A DNA stretch of 64,000 bases. Source: Macrostomum lignano. Lineage: Eukaryota. The translations under genes and the position numbers were made by a program. Of this stretch, positions 50,101-61,839 are shown piece after piece. The notes under the pieces were generated by a model. That model searched no databases. It saw nothing but the letters and a program-made list of their open reading frames with translations, and was not told the origin of the DNA. Location: positions 140,595-204,594 of the forward strand of contig NIVC01002100.1 of the NCBI GenBank assembly GCA_002269645.1, read 5' to 3'. How positions within the stretch are numbered: the stretch's first letter is position 1; each line of letters starts with the position of its first letter.

Positions 50101-53100
50101 TGACGCTTCTATGATTTTTACATGACGCTTCTATGATTTTTACATGACGCTTCTATGATTGTTTACATGACGCTTCTATGATTTTTACATGACGCTTCTA
50201 TGATTTTTACATGACGCTTCTATGATTGTTTACATGACGCTTCTATGATTGTTTACATGACGCTTCTATGATTTTTACATGACGCTTCTATGATTGTTTA
50301 CATGACGCTTCTATGATTGTTTACATGACGCTTCTATGATTTTTACATGACGCTTCTATGATTGTTTACATGACGCTTCTATGATTTTTACATGACGCTT
50401 CTATGATTTTTACATGACGCTTCTATGATTTTTACATGACGCTTCTATGATTGTTTACATGACGCTTCTATGATTTTTACATGACGCTTCTATGATTGTT
50501 TACATGACGCTTCTATGATTGTTTACATGACGCTTCTATGATTTTTACATGACGCTTCTATGATTTTTACATGACGCTTCTATGATTTTTACATGACGCT
50601 TCTATGATTGTTTACATGACGCTTCTATGATTTTTACATGACGCTTCTATGATTGTTTACATGACGCTTCTATGATTTTTACATGACGCTTCTATGATTT
50701 TTACATGACGCTTCTATGATTGTTTACATGACGCTTCTATGATTTTTACATGACGCTTCTATGATTTTTACATGACGCTTCTATGATTTTTACATGACGC
50801 TTCTATGATTTTTACATGACGCTTCTATGATTTTTACATGACGCTTCTATGATTTTTACATGACGCTTCTATGATTGTTTACATGACGCTTCTATGATTG
50901 TTTACATGACGCTTCTATGATTTTTACATGACGCTTCTATGATTTTTACATGACGCTTCTATGATTTTTACATGACGCTTCTATGATTTTTACATGACGC
51001 TTCTATGATTTTTACATGACGCTTCTATGATTTTTACATGACGCTTCTATGATTGTTTACATGACGCTTCTATGATTTTTACATGACGCTTCTATGATTT
51101 TTACATGACGCTTCTATGATTTTTACATGACGCTTCTATGATTTTTACATGACGCTTCTATGATTTTTACATGACGCTTCTATGATTGTTTACATGACGC
51201 TTCTATGATTGTTTACATGACGCTTCTATGATTTTTACATGACGCTTCTATGATTTTTACATGACGCTTCTATGATTGTTTACATGACGCTTCTATGATT
51301 GTTTACATGACGCTTCTATGATTTTTACATGACGCTTCTATGATTTTTACATGACGCTTCTATGATTTTTACATGACGCTTCTATGATTGTTTACATGAC
51401 GCTTCTATGATTTTTACATGACGCTTCTATGATTGTTTACATGACGCTTCTATGATTTTTACATGACGCTTCTATGATTTTTACATGACGCTTCTATGAT
51501 TGTTTACATGACGCTTCTATGATTGTTTACATGACGCTTCTATGATTTTTACATGACGCTTCTATGATTTTTACATGACGCTTCTATGATTGTTTACATG
51601 ACGCTTCTATGATTTTTACATGACGCTTCTATGATTGTTTACATGACGCTTCTATGATTGTTTACATGACGCTTCTATGATTTTTACATGACGCTTCTAT
51701 GATTGTTTACATGACGCTTCTATGATTTTTACATGACGCTTCTATGATTTTTACATGACGCTTCTATGATTTTTACATGACGCTTCTATGATTGTTTACA
51801 TGACGCTTCTATGATTTTTACATGACGCTTCTATGATTTTTACATGACGCTTCTATGATTTTTACATGACGCTTCTATGATTTTTACATGACGCTTCTAT
51901 GATTTTTACATGACGCTTCTATGATTGTTTACATGACGCTTCTATGATTGTTTACATGACGCTTCTATGATTGTTTACATGACGCTTCTATGATTGTTTA
52001 CATGACGCTTCTATGATTTTTACATGACGCTTCTATGATTGTTTACATGACGCTTCTATGATTTTTACATGACGCTTCTATGATTGTTTACATGACGCTT
52101 CTATGATTTTTACATGACGCTTCTATGATTGTTTACATGACGCTTCTATGATTTTTACATGACGCTTCTATGATTTTTACATGACGCTTCTATGATTTTT
52201 ACATGACGCTTCTATGATTGTTTACATGACGCTTCTATGATTGTTTACATGACGCTTCTATGATTTTTACATGACGCTTCTATGATTTTTACATGACGCT
52301 TCTATGATTGTTTACATGACGCTTCTATGATTTTTACATGACGCTTCTATGATTTTTACATGACGCTTCTATGATTTTTACATGACGCTTCTATGATTTT
52401 TACATGACGCTTCTATGATTGTTTACATGACGCTTCTATGATTGTTTACATGACGCTTCTATGATTGTTTACATGACGCTTCTATGATTTTTACATGACG
52501 CTTCTATGATTTTTACATGACGCTTCTATGATTGTTTACATGACGCTTCTATGATTGTTTACATGACGCTTCTATGATTTTTACATGACGCTTCTATGAT
52601 TGTTTACATGACGCTTCTATGATTTTTACATGACGCTTCTATGATTGTTTACATGACGCTTCTATGATTTTTACATGACGCTTCTATGATTGTTTACATG
52701 ACGCTTCTATGATTTTTACATGACGCTTCTATGATTTTTACATGACGCTTCTATGATTGTTTACATGACGCTTCTATGATTGTTTACATGACGCTTCTAT
52801 GATTTTTACATGACGCTTCTATGATTTTTACATGACGCTTCTATGATTGTTTACATGACGCTTCTATGATTGTTTACATGACGCTTCTATGATTGTTTAC
52901 ATGACGCTTCTATGATTTTTACATGACGCTTCTATGATTTTTACATGACGCTTCTATGATTGTTTACATGACGCTTCTATGATTGTTTACATGACGCTTC
53001 TATGATTTTTACATGACGCTTCTATGATTTTTACATGACGCTTCTATGATTGTTTACATGACGCTTCTATGATTTTTACATGACGCTTCTATGATTTTTA

Positions 53101-55825
53101 CATGACGCTTCTATGATTTTTACATGACGCTTCTATGATTGTTTACATGACGCTTCTATGATTTTTACATGACGCTTCTATGATTGTTTACATGACGCTT
53201 CTATGATTGTTTACATGACGCTTCTATGATTGTTTACATGACGCTTCTATGATTTTTACATGACGCTTCTATGATTGTTTACATGACGCTTCTATGATTG
53301 TTTACATGACGCTTCTATGATTTTTACATGACGCTTCTATGATTGTTTACATGACGCTTCTATGATTTTTACATGACGCTTCTATGATTGTTTACATGAC
53401 GCTTCTATGATTTTTACATGACGCTTCTATGATTTTTACATGACGCTTCTATGATTTTTACATGACGCTTCTATGATTGTTTACATGACGCTTCTATGAT
53501 TGTTTACATGACGCTTCTATGATTTTTACATGACGCTTCTATGATTTTTACATGACGCTTCTATGATTGTTTACATGACGCTTCTATGATTTTTACATGA
53601 CGCTTCTATGATTTTTACATGACGCTTCTATGATTTTTACATGACGCTTCTATGATTGTTTACATGACGCTTCTATGATTGTTTACATGACGCTTCTATG
53701 ATTGTTTACATGACGCTTCTATGATTGTTTACATGACGCTTCTATGATTGTTTACATGACGCTTCTATGATTTTTACATGACGCTTCTATGATTGTTTAC
53801 ATGACGCTTCTATGATTGTTTACATGACGCTTCTATGATTTTTACATGACGCTTCTATGATTGTTTACATGACGCTTCTATGATTTTTACATGACGCTTC
53901 TATGATTTTTACATGACGCTTCTATGATTTTTACATGACGCTTCTATGATTGTTTACATGACGCTTCTATGATTTTTACATGACGCTTCTATGATTTTTA
54001 CATGACGCTTCTATGATTGTTTACATGACGCTTCTATGATTGTTTACATGACGCTTCTATGATTTTTACATGACGCTTCTATGATTTTTACATGACGCTT
54101 CTATGATTGTTTACATGACGCTTCTATGATTTTTACATGACGCTTCTATGATTTTTTACATGACGCTTCTATGATTGTTTACATGACGCTTCTATGATTT
54201 TTTACATGACGCTTCTATGATTTTTACATGACGCTTCTATGATTGTTTACATGACGCTTCTATGATTTTTACATGACGCTTCTATGATTTTTACATGACG
54301 CTTCTATGATTTTTACATGACGCTTCTATGATTGTTTACATGACGCTTCTATGATTTTTACATGACGCTTCTATGATTGTTTACATGACGCTTCTATGAT
54401 TGTTTACATGACGCTTCTATGATTTTTACATGACGCTTCTATGATTGTTTACATGACGCTTCTATGATTGTTTACATGACGCTTCTATGATTGTTTACAT
54501 GACGCTTCTATGATTGTTTACATGACGCTTCTATGATTGTTTACATGACGCTTCTATGATTTTTTACATGACGCTTCTATGATTGTTTACATGACGCTTC
54601 TATGATTTTTTACATGACGCTTCTATGATTTTTTACATGACGCTTCTATGATTGTTTACATGACGCTTCTATGATTGTTTACATGACGCTTCTATGATTG
54701 TTTACATGACGCTTCTATGATTTTTACATGACGCTTCTATGATTGTTTACATGACGCTTCTATGATTGTTTACATGACGCTTCTATGATTGTTTACATGA
54801 CGCTTCTATGATTGTTTACATGACGCTTCTATGATTGTTTACATGACGCTTCTATGATTGTTTACATGACGCTTCTATGATTTTTTACATGACGCTTCTA
54901 TGATTTTTACATGACGCTTCTATGATTGTTTACATGACGCTTCTATGATTTTTATATGACGCTTCTATGATTTTTACATGACGCTTCTATGATTTTTACA
55001 TGACGCTTCTATGATTGTTTACATGACGCTTCTATGATTGTTTACATGACGCTTCTATGATTGTTTACATGACGCTTCTATGATTTTTTACATGACGCTT
55101 CTATGATTGTTTACATGACGCTTCTATGATTTTTATATGACGCTTCTATGATTTTTTACATGACGCTTCTATGATTGTTTACATGACGCTTCTATGATTT
55201 TTATATGACGCTTCTATGATTTTTTACATGACGCTTCTATGATTTTTTACATGACGCTTCTATGATTTTTACATGACGCTTCTATGATTTTTACATGACG
55301 CTTCTATGATTGTTTACATGACGCTTCTATGATTGTTTACATGACGCTTCTATGATTTTTTACATGACGCTTCTATGATTGTTTACATGACGCTTCTATG
55401 ATTTTTACATGACGCTTCTATGATTTTTACATGACGCTTCTATGATTGTTTACATGACGCTTCTATGATTGTTTACATGACGCTTCTATGATTGTTTACA
55501 TGACGCTTCTATGATTGTTTACATGACGCTTCTATGATTTTTTACATGACGCTTCTATGATTGTTTACATGACGCTTCTAGATTTTTTACATGACGCTTC
55601 TATGATTTTTACATGACGCTTCTATGATTGTTTACATGACGCTTCTATGATTGTTTACATGACGCTTCTATGATTTTTACATGACGCTTCTATGATTTTT
55701 TACATGACGCTTCTATGATTGTTTACATGACGCTTCTATGATTGTTTACATGACGCTTCTAAGATTTTTACATGACGCTTCTATGATTGTTTACATGACG
55801 CTTCTACGATTTTTATATGACGCTT
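35150..55825. repeat. Satellite DNA array, 22/23-bp monomer, about 900 copies
   Basis: Monomer catgacgcttctatgatt(g/t)ttta, or one base shorter, continuous for about 20.7 kb. Confidence 0.98.
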
Positions 55826-55902
55826 TTTTTAAAAAGTCTTTTAGTTTTCCTGACGTTGAAAAGCTTTAATTAAAAAAATTATACTCAAATTCAAACCATC
55901 GA

Positions 55903-55967
55903 AAATTCAAACCATCGTCACTGCATTTAGCAGTTCAGTTTGTTCACCTTTAGGCTAGCTCTCATCG
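55903..55967 (-). other. tRNA-like (Ser-GCT-like loop) Pol III unit inside Helitron 1
   Basis: - strand GAGAGCTAGCCTAAAGG...CTGCTAA...GGTTTGAATT, then a T7 run; B box locally duplicated; cloverleaf not intact. Confidence 0.5.
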
Positions 55968-57026
55968 TTTTGATAACATCAATTTTGCACTTATATAACT
56001 CAACACTTTAAATCCAAGCATAGAGTAAATCACACGAAGCAGTTATGACATAATCAGTTTCTCAGTCAGTCAGTATCAGTTAACAATATGGTTACGCAAT
56101 TTAAATCAAGTCTGGTGCTACGCTTCCAACTGCATTTTCAATTCAAGTCGGAGTTACAATTCAGTTATGATGCAATCTATTTCAGAGTCAGAATTCAACC
56201 AGTCAGTTTTTCTCTAGCATTCTTACAATGCATTTCAAGTCAAAAAGTTTGCTTGACCTTTGCAAAAAAGCATGTTTTTCGAATATTTAATGCCTTTAGC
56301 ATCGAGCAATTTCTTAGCCACGATGCATGTACCGTCACGGGAAAATTTCTAATCGAACAGTGCAAGTTCGAACAAAATCGGTCCAGCCATTTTTTCTCTA
56401 ATCTATCACATATATATATATAGACATCACATTTTTAGTATATAGGATAGCTAAAGTTTTGCCCCCCTTCGGGGAGCAGAAATAATTAATATTCGTCTAA
56501 TATAATATACCTTTTAGCAGGAGTACTTTAAGTGTTTTTCTTAAGCTTAAGCTTAAAATAGGAATTTTTGGAGATCGTTAATAACGCATTTTAGGTAAAA
56601 CAAAACTATCAACTTTTTACAGTTTTTAGTTTAGAGCCCTGTATATGTCAACGTGTTTGATAAAAATTATTTTTATCATTTTTGATAAAAAATGGCCTTC
56701 GGGGTGGCCAATAAGCAAGGGACGAATCCTTTTAAATGAAAAAAAATTCTTAGGGAGGGGGCTAGGAATCGAATTCTCATTTTAATTCCAGGCTTATGTA
56801 CCAATAAAACATGTTTGTGCAGAATTTTATAACAGACATTGAAATTCAACCATACTTGCCTTCTTTCAGAGCTACTTCTACCAGTATGCTTCAGTACGCT
56901 ACCAGTACCCTTGTAAGCCTTGACATGTCAGCAATCCCCCCCACAAGCCTTAACATATCAACTCCCCCCTTGACATCTCAGCAATGCTCCCACAAGCCTT
57001 GAAATCTTAAAAAATCTGTCTATTTT

Positions 57027-57060
57027 CTAACCCTAACCCTAACCCTAACCCTAACCCTAA
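57027..57060 (-). repeat. Interstitial telomeric (TTAGGG)5 tract
   Basis: ctaa plus five perfect ccctaa units, at the position homologous to 34171. Confidence 0.9.
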
Positions 57061-58019
57061 AGCATTGAAATTTCAGTAATTCTCTCTAAGAGTCTATAGC
57101 ACTACTACAGCATTATAGCGATTCCTGCAAGCCTCGACATCGTAGGGATTCCCAAATGAATCTCTTAACTTTGACATGAAGCTTCTTTTTTTTTTACATT
57201 ACGCTTTTTCTATCAGCGATCCCTCCGTGAGGAGCCAACAAATAATGTAATAACTTTTTTCCAATAAACTACATGTAGCTTCTGACATTAGCCTTGACAT
57301 CTCATTTATTCCCCGTGAGCCTTGACATCTCAGCTATAGATAGATAGATAGATTCCCCTCGTAAGCCTTGACATGTCAGCGATGCCCCCCATAAACCTTG
57401 AAATCTAAAAAATCCCCTGTTAACCTTGAAACGCGCTAAAATCTAACCCTCAACCCAAACCTGACGTAAACCTAACTTTCACCCAACCTAAAGCCTTGAA
57501 ATCACAGCAATTCTTCTTCCCTAAGCCTTGGCATTTAAGTGATTCCTTCTTTAAGAATCACAGCACTATAACGATTCCCTCCAAGCTTTGACATCGTAGC
57601 AATTCCCAAATGAATCTTTAACTTTGACATGACTTTTATTTTATGTATACATAGTGCTCCTTTTATTTTTACATGACTCTTCTTCTATCAGCGCCCCCCC
57701 CACCGTGGCAAGCCAACAAAGAATGCAATAAAAAACTTAAGTAAAGTACATGTACTTTGAAGTAGCTTCTGACTTTTGCTTTAACATCTCAGAAACCCCC
57801 CTGTAATCTCAGTTATTCTCTGTGAGCCTTGACGTCTCAGTAATTCTCCCCAGCACAGCACTGTACTATAGCTTCATTTAATTTTTATATGACATTTCTT
57901 TCATGTCTGACATGACGCTTCTTTTGATTTTTACGTTACGCTTCTTTTATTCTTCCATGATGCTTCTTAATTTTTTAAATGACACACTTTCATTAGTTTT
58001 TATATGAGGCTTCTATAAT

Positions 58020-58925
58020 TTTTTCATGACGCTTCTATGCTTGTTTACATGACGCTTGTATGATTTTTACATGACGCTTCTATGATTGTTTACATGACGC
58101 TTGTATGATTGTTTACATGACGCTTCTATGATTTTTTACATGACGCTTTTATGATTTTTACATGACGCTTCTATGATTTTTTACATGACGCTTCTATGAT
58201 TTTTACATGACGCTTCTATGATTTTTACATGACGCTTCTATGATTTTTACATGACGCTTCTATGATTGTTTACATGACGCTTCTATGATTGTTTACATGA
58301 CGCTTCTATGATTGTTTACATGACGCTTCTATGATTGTATACATGACGCTTCTATGATTGTTTACATGACGCTTTTATGATTGTTTACATGACGCTTCTA
58401 TGATTTTTACATGACGCTTCTATGATTTTTACATGACGCTTCTATGATTGTTTACATGACGCTTCTATGATTGTTTACATGACGCTTCTATGATTTTAAC
58501 ATGACGCTTCTATGATTTTTTTACATGACGCTTCTATGATTGTTTACATGACGCTTGTATGATTGTTTACATGACGCTTGTATGATTTTAACATGACGCT
58601 TCTATGATTGTTTACATTACGCTTCTATGATTGCTTGCATGACGCTTCTATGATTTTTTATGACGCTTTTATGATTTTAACATGACGCTTCTATGATTTT
58701 TTTACATGACGCTTCTATGATTGTTTACATGACGCTTGTATGATTGTTTACATGACGCTTTATGATTTTAACATGACGCTTCTATGATTGTTTACATTAC
58801 GCTTCTATGATTTTTACATGACGCTTCTATGATTTTTACATGACGCTTCTATGATTGTTTACATGACGCTTCTATGATTGTTTACATGACGCTTCTATGA
58901 TTGTTTACATGACGCTTCCATAATT
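58020..58925. repeat. Short array (about 40 copies) of the same 22/23-bp satellite
   Basis: Same catgacgcttctatgatt.. monomer, more variant-rich. Confidence 0.96.
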
Positions 58926-58976
58926 TTTTTTGTCTTGGCGTTAAAAGGCTTTAATTAAAAAAACTCTACTCTCTAA

Positions 58977-59040
58977 AAATTCGAACCATCGTCCCTGCAT
59001 TTAGCAGTTTAGTCTGTTTACCTCTAGGCTAGCTCTCATG
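58977..59040 (-). other. tRNA-like Pol III unit, second copy
   Basis: Homologous to 55903-55967; B box GGTTCGAATT. Confidence 0.5.
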
Positions 59041-59324
59041 AATTTTAGTCATTACCCCTAAATAGAAAATATTCCCAAGACAGCAAGCATCCCCCCAGTA
59101 GCAAGCATCCCCTAATACTCCTAGCAAGCATCCACCCAGATAGCAAGCATCTGCAGATAGCAAGCATCTTGCAGATAGCAAGCATCTTGCAGATAGCAAG
59201 CATACCCCAAATAATGTAGAAGCATCCTTCCAGATAGCAAGCATCCTGCACATAGCAAGAATCCCTAAATAGCAAGCATCCCTGGATAGAAATAATCCTA
59301 TACATGTAGCCAAGCTTATCAAGC

Positions 59325-60437
59325 GCAGTAATCCTTGGCTATCGAGTGCAGTAATCCTTGGTTTATTAATAGCAATAATCCATGGCTTATCGAGTGCAGT
59401 AATCCTTGGTTTATTAATAGCAATAATCCTTGGCTTATCGAGTGCAGTAATTCATGGTTTATTAATAGCAATAATCCTTGGCTTATCGAGTGCAGTAATC
59501 CTTGGTTTATTAATAGCAATAATCCATGCCTTATCGAGTGCAGTAATCCTTGGTTTATTAATAGCAATAATCCTTGGCTTATCGAGTGCAGTAATCCTTG
59601 GTTTATTAATAGCAATAATCCATGGCTTATCGAGTGCAGTAATCCTTGGTTTGCCAAGAGCAATAGTCCTTGGCTTATCGAGTGCAGTAATCCTTGGTTT
59701 GCCAAGAGCAATAGTCCTTGGTTTATTGAGTGCAGTAATCCTTGGTTTATTAATAGCAATAGTCCTTGGTTTATTGAGTGCAGTAATCCTTGGTTTATTA
59801 ATAGCAATAATCCTTGGCTTATCGAGTGCAGTAATCCTTGGTTTGCAAGTGCATAATCCTTGGTTTATCGAGTGCAGTAATCCTTGGTTTATTAATAGCA
59901 ATAATCCTTGGCTTATCGAGTGCAGTAATCCTTGGTTTATTAATAGCAATAGTCCTTGGCTTATCGAGTGCAGTAATCCTTGGTTTGCCAAGAGCAATAG
60001 TCCTTGGTTTATTGAGTGCAGTAATCCTTGGTTTATTAATAGCAATAGTCCTTGGCTTATCGAGTGCAGTAATCCTTGGTTTATTAATAGCAATAATCCT
60101 TGGTTTATCGAGTGCAGTAATCCTTGGTTTATTAATAGCAATAATCCTTGGCTTATCGAGTGCAGTAATCCTTGGTTTATTAATAGCAATAATCCATGGC
60201 TTATGAGTGCAGTAATCCTTGGTTTATTAATAGCAATAATCCTTGGCTTATCGAGTGCAGTAATTCATGTTGGCTTATCGAGTGCAGTAATCCTTGGTTT
60301 ATTAATAGCAATAATCCATGGCTTATCGAGTGCAGTAATCCTTGGTTTGCCAAGAGCAATAATCCTTGGCTTATCGAGTGCAGTATTCCTTGGTTTGCCA
60401 AGAGCAATAATCCTTAGCTTATCGAGTGCAGTAATCT
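59325..60437. repeat. 48-bp minisatellite (dimer of diverged 24-bp subunits)
   Basis: atcgagtgcagtaatccttggttt + attaatagcaataatccttggctt (variant gccaagagcaatagtcc). Confidence 0.95.
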
Positions 60438-60507
60438 AAGTGTTTTTATTTAGTCCTTTAATAAAAGCTTTTAATAAAAAATTTTACACTACTACTTTTA
60501 AACTACT

Positions 60508-60571
60508 TAGATTCGAACCCAGGTCGCTGCATTAGCAGTCTGGTCTGCTCAGCCTAGGCTAGCTCTCATCG
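60508..60571 (-). other. tRNA-like Pol III unit, third copy
   Basis: - strand GAGAGCTAGCCTAGG...CTGCTAA...GGGTTCGAATCT. Confidence 0.52.
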
Positions 60572-61247
60572 AAGTTATCAGTGAATTTGTACCACTTATA
60601 TAATTAATTCAACACTCACACCAAGTCAGGTAGAGTAAAAAGTCACGCGAAGCAGTTATGACATAATCAATTTCTTAGGCAAGTCAGTACCAGTGTCTAT
60701 GAAAGTTAAATATGGTTACGTAATATAAATTCAGTACTGCGCTATGCTTTCACACTCAAAGCTGTGACGCAATTCAATTGTGTGTCAAATTCAGCCAGTA
60801 CACAGACGATAAATAAAGTGTATTGTGATGCAATCTATTTCAGAATCAGAATTCAACCAGTCAGATTTTTCTCTAGCATTCTTACAATGCATTTCAGGTC
60901 GAAAGAGCTGCTTGACCTTTGCAAAAATCATGTTTTTCGAATATTTAATCCTTAACATTGAGCAATTTCTTAGCCAATATGCATTGTACCGTCCGGGAAA
61001 ATTTCTGATCGAATGTGCAAGTTTGAAGAAAATCGGTTGAGCCGTTCGGAGAAAATCAATTACAAGCAAGCAACAAGCATTTCATTTTTAGTATATTAGA
61101 CTAGCAATCTTCGCCCCCGATGGGGGACATCTGGATAGAATCTCTGTTCTCTACAAGTAACAAAAAGACAGCCAAAAAATCCTTCACAAAGACAAACAGA
61201 CACTGCTCAAATGAAGTGAATTGCAATAAGAAATCTTCCAAGACCAC

Positions 61248-61738
61248 AAGCATCCCCAGATAGCAAGCATTCCCCAGATAGCAAGCATCCCTCAAATAGC
61301 AAGCATCCCCAGATAGCAAGCATCCCCAGATAGCAAGCATCCCCCAGATAGCAAGCATCCCCCAGATAGCAAACATCCCCCAGATAGCAAGCATTCCCCA
61401 GATAGCAAGCATTCCCCAGATAGCAAACATTCCCCAGATAGCAAGCATCCCTCAGATAGCAAGCATCCCCCAGATAGCAAGCATCACTCAGATAGCAAGC
61501 ATCCTCAGATAGCAAGCATCCACCAGATAGCAAGCATCCCCAGATAGCAAGCATCACTCAGATAGCAAGCATCCCTCAGATAGCAAGCATCCACCAGATA
61601 GCAAGCATCCCTCAGATAGCAAGCATCCCCAAATTGCAAGCATCGCCCAGATAGCAAGCATCCCCCAGAAAGCAAGCATCCTCCAAATAGCAAGCATCCC
61701 CCAGATAGATAGCATCCCCAAAAGCAACCATCCACCAG
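61248..61738. repeat. ~18-bp minisatellite
   Basis: Unit gatagcaagcatccccca; a diverged patch of it also lies at 59070-59285. Confidence 0.93.
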
Positions 61739-61839
61739 ACAATAAGTAGCTAGAGCGACAATTTCCTTAGCTTTATAGTGGCTCCTTTAAATTGGCATGG
61801 CGCTTTATACCTTTACATTTGAAATTGTATATCTTGAAT

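Larger units (their letters stand above)
33949..56447 (-). mobile_element. Non-autonomous Helitron-like element 1 (about 22.5 kb, mostly satellite)
   Basis: On the - strand the 5' end is TCCTATATACTAAAAATG at 56447. The 3' end is the hairpin GCTCCCCAACGGGGGGC followed by ...GCTAG|T at 33949. No RepHel ORF is present. Confidence 0.72.
56448..61100 (-). mobile_element. Non-autonomous Helitron-like element 2 (about 4.65 kb), head-to-tail with elements 1 and 3
   Basis: 5' end TCTAATATACTAAAAATG at 61100. The 3' hairpin gccccccttcggggagc at 56461 is followed on the - strand by GCTA (terminal G absent). 56910-58040 is homologous to 34050-35170, and 60570-61100 is homologous to 55975-56447. Confidence 0.72.

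Noticed and set aside
35150-55825. CRISPR-like array of short repeats
   Set aside because: Monomers are contiguous with no unique spacers, no cas genes are present, and the context is eukaryotic.
56088-56423. 111-aa ORF as a Helitron Rep/helicase or captured gene
   Set aside because: No HUH or helicase motifs; the homologous block at 60700-61070 does not preserve the frame.
59319-60439. Repetitive ORFs (LLLINQG, IECSNPW repeats)
   Set aside because: Artefacts of the 24/48-bp tandem repeat.
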